64,000 bases of DNA from Terriglobia bacterium (lineage in GTDB: Bacteria; Acidobacteriota; Terriglobia; 2-12-FULL-54-10): positions 1,024,001 to 1,088,000 of the forward strand of contig CAXVYR010000004.1 of NCBI GenBank assembly GCA_963666975.2, given 5' to 3'. A program made the position numbers and the translations under genes. The notes under the pieces are model-generated. The model had not been told where the DNA came from and searched no databases. It worked only from the letters and a program-made list of their open reading frames with translations. Below are positions 31,944 through 41,988 of the stretch, piece by piece (position 1 is the first letter of the stretch; every line of letters starts with the position of its first letter).

Positions 31944-32091
31944 CTATGGATGCTTATGCGTGTGTTCCCTCCGCCGACAGCGATTCCCCATAATCCCGGC
32001 CTTCCTGACGCCGCTTGCCGGGCCGAAGCCCGATGCCTATAATGGAGTCCGCCTATCCAATCCATCGGTGGGAGACGAGACCTAGCACCTC

Positions 32092-32739
32092 ATGATTTTC
32101 GAGCAGATTCACGCCGGCGGCGACAGGAATTTTGCCTACCTTGTCGGAGACCCCGACACACGCGAGGCGGCGATCATCGATCCTTCCTACGCTCCCGAAC
32201 GCGCCCTCGCCGAGGCCGAGCGCCACGGGTTGAGGGTGCGCTACGTCATCAGCACGCACTCCCACAAGGATCACATCGCCGGAAACGCCCATATCATCGA
32301 GAAGACTCAGGCCGTCGAGGTGCTGCACGAAAGCACCCCGCACCCGTGTAGTCTGCGCGTCACCGACAACGAAGAACTGGCCGTGGGCAGCCTGAAGATG
32401 CGGTTCCTGCACACGCCGGGACATATCCCCGACCACCTCTGTATCCAGACGGAGGGGAATTTGCTGACCGGAGATATTCTCTTTGTCGGCAAGGTCGGCG
32501 GCACCGGCCCTTACTTCCCCGGCAGCGACCCGAAACAGCAATGGGAAAGCCTCCAGCGCTTGAAAAAGCTGGACCCGGCGCTCGTGGTGTGGCCGGGACA
32601 TGATTACGGCGCGAAGCCCTCCTCTACAATCGGTTACGAGGCCGCCAGCAATCCTTTTCTGCTCTGCAATAGCTTCGATGAGTTCCAACACCTGAAGGGC
32701 CACTGGGCCGAATACAAAAAGGCCCATAACATTGCATGA
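32092..32739 (+). CDS. MBL-fold hydrolase (glyoxalase II/ETHE1-like)
   Basis: THSHKDH, HTPGH, TGD, PGHDY. Confidence 0.9.
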   Translation: MIFEQIHAGGDRNFAYLVGDPDTREAAIIDPSYAPERALAEAERHGLRVRYVISTHSHKDHIAGNAHIIEKTQAVEVLHESTPHPCSLRVTDNEELAVGSLKMRFLHTPGHIPDHLCIQTEGNLLTGDILFVGKVGGTGPYFPGSDPKQQWESLQRLKKLDPALVVWPGHDYGAKPSSTIGYEAASNPFLLCNSFDEFQHLKGHWAEYKKAHNIA

Positions 32740-32925
32740 GGACACGACCAGGGCTTAGTCCAAACAACCTGGGCCGGCCCCGGCGAAATGGGTCAAATCG
32801 GATGCAAAGCAATTCCCCATCTCAAATACGTGCAAGACTAGATGGACCGGTGTATACTATCGGTCCCCCGGGAATCCAAAACGGAAATCCCGGTCAAAAC
32901 GTCGTCAATGAAAGGGAGAAAATTT

Positions 32926-33492
32926 ATGGCTCAAGTGGCTCGGGAAATGGTGCAGAAAGCTGGCATTGATATTGACAAACTGCTGGACATGCTCGTGAGG
33001 AACGCAGCGGCGGAACTGACTACCTACTATTACTACACCATCCTGCGAGTTAACCTGATCGGGATGGATGGTGAAGGCCTCAAAGAAATCACGGAAGATG
33101 CCCGGATCGAAGACCGGAATCACTTTGAGGCGCTGGTACCGCGCATCTACGAATTGGGTGGTAAGCTGCCGGGCGACATGAAGGCGTTTCACGACATTTC
33201 GGCCTGCCCGCCTGCATCGCTGCCCCCCAAACCTACCGACATCAAAGCCATGCTCAATGTACTCGTCAAAGCGGAGCGATGCGCAGTGAATGGTTACACG
33301 GCTGTCTGCAACTATACAGCAGGAAAGGACCACCGGACGTACGACCTTTCGCTCGCGATCTTGCACGAGGAGATCGAGCACGAAGCCTGGTTCTCGGAAT
33401 TCCTGGGTGAAGGCCCCTCCGGTCATTTTCGGCGGTCGGGGACGGGAATGGAGCGCAATTCGCCCTACGTCTCGAAGTTCCTTCATCCCTGA
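32926..33492 (+). CDS. DPS-like (DPSL/thioferritin) ferritin-family protein
   Basis: [19 protein letters not shown] di-iron ligands; Cys pair in SACPP and AERCA. Confidence 0.85.
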   Translation: MAQVAREMVQKAGIDIDKLLDMLVRNAAAELTTYYYYTILRVNLIGMDGEGLKEITEDARIEDRNHFEALVPRIYELGGKLPGDMKAFHDISACPPASLPPKPTDIKAMLNVLVKAERCAVNGYTAVCNYTAGKDHRTYDLSLAILHEEIEHEAWFSEFLGEGPSGHFRRSGTGMERNSPYVSKFLHP

Positions 33493-33760
33493 TGACGGGA
33501 AGCGCGTCCTTTTGGCAACTTCTTTTGGTGTGGGCCTTCAGCACCTCGGAGACTAACGAGTAGCTGGGAACAGGCAACAGTTCGCCATCTAGTTCAACCC
33601 GTGGTTGTTCGTAAGAGCGGCCCGGATTGTACAGAACCCGTAGCGGGTCGTTGTCTGTTTCTGCCCCTCCCTCCGTTTTAGGGTTTCTTCTCGCCTCCCG
33701 AAATAAACAGCAGTCTCCAGTGCCAAGAAGGTGCTGACCATCAATCCGACATGCTCCTAG

Positions 33761-34059
33761 CTAATTGAATACTCCTCAGCCGAGGAGCGGGATGTGAAGC
33801 TGCGGGAGTTTTGCTCGGCCTGGAAGACCACATCCGGCTGGTGGTGGCCGATACGCCTCCCATCCCGGCTCGTTTCGACAACCGGCAAATCGCAAGCGAC
33901 TGCATCAGCTCGGTCCAGTACCTCAAATTCCAGCTTTCACCGGAACAAATCCGCCGGTGGAGGGAGGGTGCGAAACTGGCAGCCGACCACCCCAGCTATC
34001 GCGCCGAGAGGGCGCTCCGCGAAGCCGAACTCGAAGAACTCGCCGCCGATTTGGCCTGA
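33761..34059 (+). pseudogene. 5'-truncated, frameshifted DUF3501-like gene
   Basis: LIEYSSAEERDVKLRE in one frame continues as LLGLEDH...ISSVQYLKF...DHPSY...LAADL after a frameshift at about 33809 (GAGTTTTGCTC). Confidence 0.6.
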
Positions 34060-34177
34060 GAGGCTACCCCCCTAACGCCTCCATTGAAACCACGGAATCC
34101 TGTGTGATACCATCTGCATCTCTCATCGCCTATCCTGCACTGCGCTTCTGCCCCCAGGGGGAGAAAGGAGCTTTGTT

Positions 34178-36280
34178 TTGAAGGTTTATCCCGGAAAAGA
34201 CATTCGCAACGTCGGCGTGGTTGGCCACGGCGACAGCGGCAAGACTTCTCTGGTGGCCGGGTTCCTGCACGCTGCCGGCCTGACCAACCGTCTGGGCCGC
34301 GTGGACGAGGGCACCACCACCACCGACTACGATGAGGAAGAGATCGAACGAAAGGTCACCATCTCCACCGCGCTAGCATATCTAGAATGGAATCAAACCA
34401 AGATCAACCTTTTGGACACGCCGGGCTACAACATCTTTATTAACGACACCCTGGCCAGCCTGGTGGCTGCCGACGCGAGCCTGGTGGTCGTGGACGGCGT
34501 AGCCGGAGTCGAGGTGCAAACCGAGAAGGTGTGGGATTACTCCAACCGCTTCAACCTTCCCCGCGCGTTGGTGGTCAACAAGCTCGACCGGGAGCGCGCC
34601 AGCTTTGAGCGCGCCGTGGAGTCCATCCAGCAGAGCTTTGGCCGCACCGCCATCCCCATTCAGTGGCCGCTGGGAGAGGAGAAAAGTTTTCGCGGCGTAG
34701 TGGACCTCCTGAGCATGAAAGCCCACACCTACGAATCCAATGGCAACGGGAAGGGAAAGGCCGGCGAGGTCCCGCAGGAGGTTTCCGCCGCAGCGGAGGC
34801 GGCCCGCGAAAAGCTGATCGAGGCGATTGCGGAAGGCAATGACGCCTACATGGAAGAGTTTTTCGACAAGGGGACCCTGGAGCCGGAACATGCCGTCCAG
34901 GGTTTGCAGGAGGCCATTGCAGGCGGAAAACTGTTTCCGATTCTTTGCGCCTCCGCCTATCACATGGCGGGAATTGACCTGTTGTTGAATTTTCTGACGG
35001 AATTTTTCCCCTCTCCGGTTGCCCGGAACACTGCCCAGGGAACCCTGCCCGAAGGCGGGACGGTGGAACGCAAAATCTCCGATGAAGAACCCATCTCTCT
35101 TTTCATTTTCAAGACGATAGCGGATGCGTTTGCGGGTCGCGTCACCTGCTATAAGGTCCTTTCCGGCGTCCTGACAAACGATGCCCATCTGGTCAATTTC
35201 AACAAAGAGGGCTCCGAGCGGCTGGCGCACATCTCCCTGTTGCAGGGCCGGACGGCGACCGCCGTGCCGGAGTTGCATGCCGGGGACCTCGGTTCCGTAG
35301 CGAAGCTGAAAGAATCTTTGACCGGAGATACCCTGGGAGACAAGGCCTCGCCCATTCTCTATCCGCCCGTGAAGCTGCCGGAGCCAGCGATCAGTTTTGC
35401 CATCGCGCCGAATTCGCGGGGAGACGAGGACCGCCTCAGCACCGCCCTGCACAAGATTCTCGAAGAGGACATCTCCTTGCGGTTTTACCGGAACCCCCAA
35501 ACCAAGGAATTCCTGCTGGCGGGAGCCGGGCAGCAGCACGTGGAGGTTATCGTCTCCCGTCTCAAGAAACGCTATAACGTGGATGTCACCCTGCAGGCTC
35601 CGAAGGTGCCCTACCTGGAAACGGTCCGCGGCAAGGCCGACGTCCAGGGAAGATACAAGAAACAAACCGGGGGGCACGGCCAGTTCGGCGATTGCAGGAT
35701 CAAGCTCGAACCGCTCCCGCGAGGAGGGAAGTTTGAGTTCGTCAATGAAATCCATGGCGGCGCGGTCCCCAAACAATATATCCCGGCCATTGAAAAAGGG
35801 ATCGTGGACACAGCCGAGAAGGGATTTCTGGCAGGTTTTCCGGTTGTCGATTTCCGCGTGATCCTCTACGACGGCTCCTACCACACGGTGGATTCCTCGG
35901 AGATGGCTTTTAAGATCGCCGGTTCGATGGCGTTCAAAAAAGCCATGGAACAGGCCAAGCCGGTTCTGCTGGAACCCATCATGACTGTGGATGTCTACGC
36001 TCCCAGCGCCTATTCCGGCGATTTGATCGGTGACTTGAATGGCCGCCGCGGGCGCATTCAGGGAATGGACTCCCAAGGCGACCGGCAGGTGATCAAATCG
36101 CAGGTGCCCATGGCTGAGATGCTGAGCTACGCGTCGGATTTGACCTCCATGACTCAGGGACGAGGCAGTTTCTCCATGGAGTTCTCCCACTACGACGTTG
36201 TTCCGCAACAGACCAGCGAAAAAATCGTCGCTGCCGCCAAAGCAGCCCGCAGCGGAGAAGAAACGCCGGCAGAGGAGTGA
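34178..36280 (+). CDS. fusA2: Elongation factor G paralogue (EF-G2 type)
   Basis: GHGDSGKT, RKVTI in place of RGITI, DTPG, NKLD, KQTGGHGQF, VDSSEMAF; not in an rpsLG-tuf context. Confidence 0.9.
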   Translation: MKVYPGKDIRNVGVVGHGDSGKTSLVAGFLHAAGLTNRLGRVDEGTTTTDYDEEEIERKVTISTALAYLEWNQTKINLLDTPGYNIFINDTLASLVAADASLVVVDGVAGVEVQTEKVWDYSNRFNLPRALVVNKLDRERASFERAVESIQQSFGRTAIPIQWPLGEEKSFRGVVDLLSMKAHTYESNGNGKGKAGEVPQEVSAAAEAAREKLIEAIAEGNDAYMEEFFDKGTLEPEHAVQGLQEAIAGGKLFPILCASAYHMAGIDLLLNFLTEFFPSPVARNTAQGTLPEGGTVERKISDEEPISLFIFKTIADAFAGRVTCYKVLSGVLTNDAHLVNFNKEGSERLAHISLLQGRTATAVPELHAGDLGSVAKLKESLTGDTLGDKASPILYPPVKLPEPAISFAIAPNSRGDEDRLSTALHKILEEDISLRFYRNPQTKEFLLAGAGQQHVEVIVSRLKKRYNVDVTLQAPKVPYLETVRGKADVQGRYKKQTGGHGQFGDCRIKLEPLPRGGKFEFVNEIHGGAVPKQYIPAIEKGIVDTAEKGFLAGFPVVDFRVILYDGSYHTVDSSEMAFKIAGSMAFKKAMEQAKPVLLEPIMTVDVYAPSAYSGDLIGDLNGRRGRIQGMDSQGDRQVIKSQVPMAEMLSYASDLTSMTQGRGSFSMEFSHYDVVPQQTSEKIVAAAKAARSGEETPAEE

Positions 36281-36577
36281 GGACAATTCTGCACCAGCAA
36301 GCTTCAAAAACCTGGAAGAACGAAATCCTGGGGATATAGCAAGCCTGTCTTCGGGAAAGGCACGCCCGGCAGATGAAACCCGATTCGGGCCTGGGCTCCC
36401 TTGCCCGCCGGGATGTGCCTGTGCCCGTGTAGGTTATCGCTCCCCGTTTTTTCCGGTAGCTACGGTAATCCTTTCATAAGAATAAGGTTAGACAAAATTA
36501 ACTTGACCCGGTGCAGATTCTTAGGGTACCCTGGGAGGGTTTTGTACAGGATTGCCGCCCGGAGGATGGCGACCAGC

Positions 36578-36616
36578 AAGCTCAGAACTAAAGCTAAGAA
36601 CTAAAGATCAAAACTA
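36578..36616. repeat. 3 x 13-bp tandem repeat AAG(C/A)T(C/A)A(G/A)AACTA upstream of mltD
   Basis: Seen directly. Confidence 0.8.
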
Positions 36617-36654
36617 GGGACCTACGGCAGATCAACTCAAGGCAGACTCCAAGC

Positions 36655-38721
36655 ATGCCGATTAAAAATGTTGTAAAGTCTTTGCTGCTGGTAATCGCCC
36701 TTCTGGGTATCTCGGGTTGCTCCATCATACGGAAACCTGTAGCTGTCGTTCCGCCCACGCCCCGAGAAGCGCCCTCCCTGGCGCAGAATCTCCCGCTGTC
36801 TCACACCGCCATTCCCCCGGCCATAAAAGGCCTATCGCAGGCAAAGCTGGACCCGGTAGTCCAGGTGATCGTCCAGGCGGAAGCTGCTTTTCACAGGGGA
36901 GAAAGAGAATATAACGCCGGCCATATGGAGGCGGCCAAAGAGGAATTCAATCAGGCCATTCAGGGGCTCTTGCAGGCTCCCGATCCCGTAGTCGCAGACA
37001 AGCGGCTGCTCAAGAAGCTCGACTTTTTAGTGGCCCGTATTCATGCCTACGAACTGGAAGCCCTCAAACAGGGCGATGGGTTCACTGAGCAGTTCTACGA
37101 ACCGGCGCCGCTCGATGAGATGGCGACGATTACTATTCCTGAAGATATCAGCGCTGCAGAGCTGCAAAAAATCGCTCAGGAAGACCTCGCCAACACCGTC
37201 TCCGATCTGCCGCTGGTCGTCAACAGACGCGTAGCCGCGCTCATCAAATATTTCTGTTGTACCCGCCGTGGTCGGGAAACCCTCGAAGGGGGGCTGCGGC
37301 GTTCCGGGCGCTACCGCGATATGATTCTGCGGATCCTCAAAGAGGAGGGAGTTCCGCAGGACCTGATCTACCTGGCTCAGGCTGAATCGAGCTTTCATCC
37401 CACAGCCCGCTCCCGCGCCGCAGCCGTCGGCCTCTGGCAGTTCATACGGTCCACCGGGAAGCTGTATGGGCTGGAACGCACATGGTGGGTAGATAACCGC
37501 CTCGACCCGGAAAAAGCCACACGGGCGGCCGCCAAGCATTTGAAAGACCTCTACGAGATGTTCGGGGATTGGTATCTGGCCATGGCAGCCTACAACACTG
37601 GGCCGAGGAACGTTAAACGGGCTATTCGACGCACTGGATCGAGGGATTTCTGGAAGCTTGCCGCCCGCCGCGCATTGTTCCGGGAGACACGGACCTATGT
37701 TCCGATCATTCTGGCCCTCACCATCATCAATAAAAACCCCGAGAAATACGGGCTGGGCGATATCTTGCCGGAACCTCCCCTGGCATATGACACGATTGCC
37801 GTGGAACATCCCGTGGACCTCCGCTTGGTGTCGGAGATCGTAGGGTCGAGCCTGAAGACCATCCGGGAACTGAATTCCAGTTTGCTGCGCATGACCACGC
37901 CCAACGTTCCGAAGTTCAATCTGCAGATCCCGCTCGCCACCCAGAGCCTTTTCCAGAGGCGGATCGCCATGGTGCCTCCGGATAAGCGTGTGTGGTGGCG
38001 CTGGCACACGGTTCATTATGGGGAGACGCTTACCGGCATCGCCAAGAAATTCAAAACCTCCGTCAAGGCCATCGCCGAGGTCAACAACCTGGACGCCGAC
38101 GAGCGGCTCCAGGAAGCAGCCGAGTTGGTGATCCCGGTTACGCGGCAGCAGCCGCCCGGAGGAACCCACCAGATCCGCCCGAGAGAAACGCTTTCCGTCC
38201 TTGCCCGCCGGTACAACGTATCGGTCGCCCAGCTAATGATGTGGAATCAACTGGACAGCACCGTCATCCGGGCGGGCAGCATGTTGCACGTGGGGCCGCC
38301 CACTGCGCCTCCACCCGGATCGGGAACCTATCGGGTTCGCCGGGGCGATTCTCTTTCTCGCATTGCCGGGCGTTACAGGGTAAACGTCCCGCAGCTCATG
38401 GCATGGAATCAACTGAGCAGCGCGCTCATCCATCCTGGGCAGACTCTGCGCGTGGGGACCTCGACTCCTGCCTCGGCTTCTTCTCCCTCCAGCACTATCT
38501 CCAGCACTACGGCGCGCAGCGCCCAGCCCAACGCCTTGAGGAACAACTCTGCCACGTCGCGGTCGCGGGGAAGGGTGGTGCATCGAGTCCGCAAGGGAGA
38601 GTCCTTGTGGATCATCGCTACCAACTACAACACCTCAGTGAAAGTTTTGAAGCGCACCAACAGCCATTTGGGACGTGTTCTGCAGATTGGTGACCGGGTC
38701 GTGATCCCTGCCTCCAGATAG
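36655..38721 (+). CDS. mltD: Lytic murein transglycosylase with LysM repeats (lipoprotein)
   Basis: Lipobox ISG-C, AESSF, GLWQF, AAYNTG, four C-terminal LysM repeats. Confidence 0.9.
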   Translation: MPIKNVVKSLLLVIALLGISGCSIIRKPVAVVPPTPREAPSLAQNLPLSHTAIPPAIKGLSQAKLDPVVQVIVQAEAAFHRGEREYNAGHMEAAKEEFNQAIQGLLQAPDPVVADKRLLKKLDFLVARIHAYELEALKQGDGFTEQFYEPAPLDEMATITIPEDISAAELQKIAQEDLANTVSDLPLVVNRRVAALIKYFCCTRRGRETLEGGLRRSGRYRDMILRILKEEGVPQDLIYLAQAESSFHPTARSRAAAVGLWQFIRSTGKLYGLERTWWVDNRLDPEKATRAAAKHLKDLYEMFGDWYLAMAAYNTGPRNVKRAIRRTGSRDFWKLAARRALFRETRTYVPIILALTIINKNPEKYGLGDILPEPPLAYDTIAVEHPVDLRLVSEIVGSSLKTIRELNSSLLRMTTPNVPKFNLQIPLATQSLFQRRIAMVPPDKRVWWRWHTVHYGETLTGIAKKFKTSVKAIAEVNNLDADERLQEAAELVIPVTRQQPPGGTHQIRPRETLSVLARRYNVSVAQLMMWNQLDSTVIRAGSMLHVGPPTAPPPGSGTYRVRRGDSLSRIAGRYRVNVPQLMAWNQLSSALIHPGQTLRVGTSTPASASSPSSTISSTTARSAQPNALRNNSATSRSRGRVVHRVRKGESLWIIATNYNTSVKVLKRTNSHLGRVLQIGDRVVIPASR

Positions 38722-38849
38722 CGTGTTCCACCGTGGGAGGACGCCTTTCCCTCGTAATGATTTCAAAACACCCGCAAACAGGAACTGTCCCTAAGTGCCA
38801 TAGTTTGCCAGGGTGGAACCGCACCCGGCGGAGAGGAGAAACAAGCTTC

Positions 38850-39737
38850 ATGAAACGAAAAGTCCGCAAGGCAGTGTTCCCCGCAGCCGGGCTGGGGACG
38901 CGTTTCCTGCCGGCCACCAAAGCCCAGCCCAAGGAGATGCTGCCGCTGGTGGACAAGCCCCTCATCCAATACGTCATCGAAGAGGCCGTGGACTCGGGTA
39001 TCGAGAGCATCATCATCATCACCGGGCGCGGCAAAAATGCCATCGAAGATCACTTTGATGTTTCCTATGAACTCGAAGACCTGTTAAGCAAGCGCGGCAA
39101 ACAAGACCTGCTGGAGACGGTTCATAAGGTCTCCAGCCTGGCCCATATCAGTTTTGTAAGGCAGAAAGAGGCGCTGGGACTGGGCCACGCCGTCCTGATG
39201 GCGCGGGAGTTGGTGGGGGATGAACCCTTCGTTGTGATGCTCGGGGATGATATTATCCATGCACAAACCCCTTGCCTGCGGCAGATGCTGGACGTTTATG
39301 AAGCATACTCCGCTCCTATCGTGGCAATTGAAGAAATACCCCTTGAATCCATCTCCCAATACGGTGTGATTAGCGGGAATCCGGTCGCTTACAATGGAAC
39401 CGAAGACCGGTTGTACAAATTGGACGGCTTGGTGGAAAAGCCTCCCAAGGAAGCCGCCCCTTCCAACCTGGCCATCATCGGGCGTTACATCCTGGAACCG
39501 GAGATTTTTGAGGTGCTGGCAGCCACGCAGGCCGGTGCTGGAGGTGAAATTCAACTCACCGACGGCCTCCGAACGCTTCTCCAACAGAAAGAAATATACG
39601 GATGGCGTTTTGAGGGAAAACGCTACGACACCGGCAATAAGCTGGGGTTCCTGGAAGCCACTGTTGATTTTGCACTGCGTCATCCGGACCTGGGCGACGC
39701 TTTTCGGAAATATCTGAAAAGCCTGCGTTTCGAATGA
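38850..39737 (+). CDS. galU: UTP-glucose-1-phosphate uridylyltransferase
   Basis: PAAGLGTRFLPATKAQPKEM, LVEKP, EIQLTD; AGGAG ribosome-binding site. Confidence 0.97.
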   Translation: MKRKVRKAVFPAAGLGTRFLPATKAQPKEMLPLVDKPLIQYVIEEAVDSGIESIIIITGRGKNAIEDHFDVSYELEDLLSKRGKQDLLETVHKVSSLAHISFVRQKEALGLGHAVLMARELVGDEPFVVMLGDDIIHAQTPCLRQMLDVYEAYSAPIVAIEEIPLESISQYGVISGNPVAYNGTEDRLYKLDGLVEKPPKEAAPSNLAIIGRYILEPEIFEVLAATQAGAGGEIQLTDGLRTLLQQKEIYGWRFEGKRYDTGNKLGFLEATVDFALRHPDLGDAFRKYLKSLRFE

Positions 39738-39766
39738 ATTGTAGCACCCTGTTCCGGCAACCTGCC

Positions 39767-39795
39767 TTGACGCGCCAAAAGCAACAACTTAAAAT
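39767..39795 (+). promoter_or_regulatory. Sigma70-like promoter
   Basis: TTGACG-N17-TAAAAT upstream of the FmdB-like gene. Confidence 0.55.
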
Positions 39796-39843
39796 AAAAA
39801 TATTAGTTTGGCGGCTTATTCCGAGCCGGAGACGAGGTAAGAT

Positions 39844-40182
39844 TTGCCACTGTATGAGTACGAGTGCTCCGATTGCAAAAAGCGATTTGAAGTCCTGCAA
39901 AAATTTTCCGACGATCCTGTAACCGTCTGCACCCATTGCGGCGGGCCCGTGACCCGTTTAGTCTCTCCTCCTGCTATCCATTTCAAAGGCACCGGATGGT
40001 ATGTAACCGATTATGCCAAGAAATCCCCGTCGGCGGCTGAAACCAAAGCTGACGGAAAAGGGGAAGATGGAAAAGGAGAAGGAGAAAAGAAACCCGCAGC
40101 AACTTCGCAGGAAACCAAGCCGAGCAAGGAAGCCTCCTCCACGCCCTCCAGCACGCCTGCAGCAAAATCCACCACGGATTAG
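39844..40182 (+). CDS. FmdB-family zinc-ribbon protein
   Basis: MPLYEYECSDC...CTHCGG...FKGTGWYVTDY. Confidence 0.92.
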   Translation: MPLYEYECSDCKKRFEVLQKFSDDPVTVCTHCGGPVTRLVSPPAIHFKGTGWYVTDYAKKSPSAAETKADGKGEDGKGEGEKKPAATSQETKPSKEASSTPSSTPAAKSTTD

Positions 40183-40266
40183 CGTAACCTTTCACAGTTT
40201 GTGCATAGTCAGAGCCGCTCGCGCCTCTCCCGCCTGCCCTGCCTGCCCTGAGCGAAGCCGAGGGAT

Positions 40267-40500
40267 TAGACCGGTTTTATGAATTGTGTATCCCGTCAGG
40301 GCACGGCTTCAGCCGTGCCGAAACACTCTCCAGCCAAGTGCGCTTTAGCGCCTGAGGTGAGTCTTGAACTCTGCTTGTTCCAGCGACTTAACCCCGACCT
40401 CAGCGGCTGAAGCCGCTGTCGTGATCCGGGTGGCGGCACGGTTAAAACCGTGCCCTGACAAGAATTCAATATGGGATACATGAACTCTAAAACAGGTCTA
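40267..40500 (-). mobile_element. 234-bp MITE, copy 2 (inverted)
   Basis: Reverse complement of 30419-30652 with a few substitutions. Confidence 0.85.
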
Positions 40501-40641
40501 GCAAGCGGACCCCGAACGCCAAGTGGCCACAGGTTTGCTACATGGTGGTTGCAGCAGTCCGCCAAGCACTGCAAAAAGCAAGGTTGCTGGGCAGCTTCTG
40601 CCCATTGGAGAAACGAAATTGCCGCCGGAGGGGGATTGAGG

Positions 40642-41850
40642 ATGCCGCAAGAAAATGCACACGAGCGGGGACGCCGGCTATATGACGAAGGTAAATTTCC
40701 GGAGGCCGTCCGCATGCTCGCTTTTGCCATCGGGGAGCAGGAGAGCAGCGAGGCCTGGAATGATTGGGCGACCGCCCAACTCCACTGTGGCAACCCGGCG
40801 GAAGCGGAGCAAGGTTACACGCGCGCGCTGGAACTGAACGAGAAGAATGGCCATGCTCTCGTCAATCTGGGGAATCTGCTTGTGAACATGGACAGGTTGG
40901 AAGAGGCGATTGGACTACTCGAAATGGGAATACCTTCCATGAATGAGCCGGAGCAAGAACCACTGAAGCAGCTCGTGGCCGAGTGCCGCCGGAAGCAGAG
41001 CGAGCACGGGGAGCCGACCCTACAGACCATGGCAAACTATCTAGGTGACTTTGTTGCTGAGGAGGAACAGTCTCAACGGTACTTTCAGAATCAGTTGAGC
41101 CGTTATCTCGTCACCCTGGAGTTGTTGCCGCCCGCCGTTCCGGGTGAGCGGCTATTGGAGGTGGGCGCTTCCTACCATCACCAAACACCTGCTTTGAAGC
41201 GCTGGAAGGGTTACGACGTACGCTGCACGGACCTCTGGGATGGACCGCAGCAGTTGAACCAAACTGTGGTAAACCGCAACGGAGACGAATCACACATCTT
41301 CCCCGTGGACAATTTCGATGTCCAGCAGACTCCCTGGCCTTATCCCGACGCATCCTTTGACGTGGTAATGTTCTGCGAGTTGCTGGAGCACTTGAGCACG
41401 GACCCGATGCGCGTCATGGGAGAGATCAACCGTGTGCTGAAAAAAGGCGGCCGCTTGCTGCTGAGCACCCCAAACATTATCAGCGCACAAAGCGTTGAGG
41501 CCGTCCTGCGAGGCGAGAGCCCTTACTTCTGGGGACAATACGAAGTGGGCGGACTGCCCACCGACCACCACAACCGGGAATACACCCCCGGCGAAGTGGT
41601 GCGGCTGGCGCAGGCTGCCGGGTTCGGCATCCTCACGCTGCGAACAGCAGGAGGCATCGGCGCTCCTAACCGCTCGGTCCTGCGGGAGTTAGTGAGGTCC
41701 GGCCACTCGATCGCCTGGCGAGGCGACTGCATATTGGCTCTGGCACAAAAGGAAGGGCCCGTTCGGGACCGCTATCCTGCCGAGTTCTACGCGCGTACCG
41801 GCACTCAGGAAGCATGCCGCCGGCAACGCGCCGGGCGGCCAGCGGAATGA
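40642..41850 (+). CDS. TPR + class I SAM-dependent methyltransferase
   Basis: N-terminal TPRs; LLEVGA, FDVVMFCELLEH, LKKGGRLLLSTPN, HNREYT. Confidence 0.85.
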   Translation: MPQENAHERGRRLYDEGKFPEAVRMLAFAIGEQESSEAWNDWATAQLHCGNPAEAEQGYTRALELNEKNGHALVNLGNLLVNMDRLEEAIGLLEMGIPSMNEPEQEPLKQLVAECRRKQSEHGEPTLQTMANYLGDFVAEEEQSQRYFQNQLSRYLVTLELLPPAVPGERLLEVGASYHHQTPALKRWKGYDVRCTDLWDGPQQLNQTVVNRNGDESHIFPVDNFDVQQTPWPYPDASFDVVMFCELLEHLSTDPMRVMGEINRVLKKGGRLLLSTPNIISAQSVEAVLRGESPYFWGQYEVGGLPTDHHNREYTPGEVVRLAQAAGFGILTLRTAGGIGAPNRSVLRELVRSGHSIAWRGDCILALAQKEGPVRDRYPAEFYARTGTQEACRRQRAGRPAE

Positions 41851-41988
41851 GAAGCATCTCCGGCACTATCCCCCGCCTCCGCTTAACCGGCGCTGACTCC
41901 GTCACCCTTTGAAAGCTGCCCGCTTTCCGTTTCTGTCCTTTTCCTTTAGTATTGGATCATGCGGTATTCCGCCGTCAGGTGATGGGTC

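Noticed and set aside
34382-36307. Long antisense ORFs (also 24486..25991, 6021..7115, 19241..20365)
   Set aside because: These are shadows of well-supported genes in high-GC DNA with no recognisable motifs.
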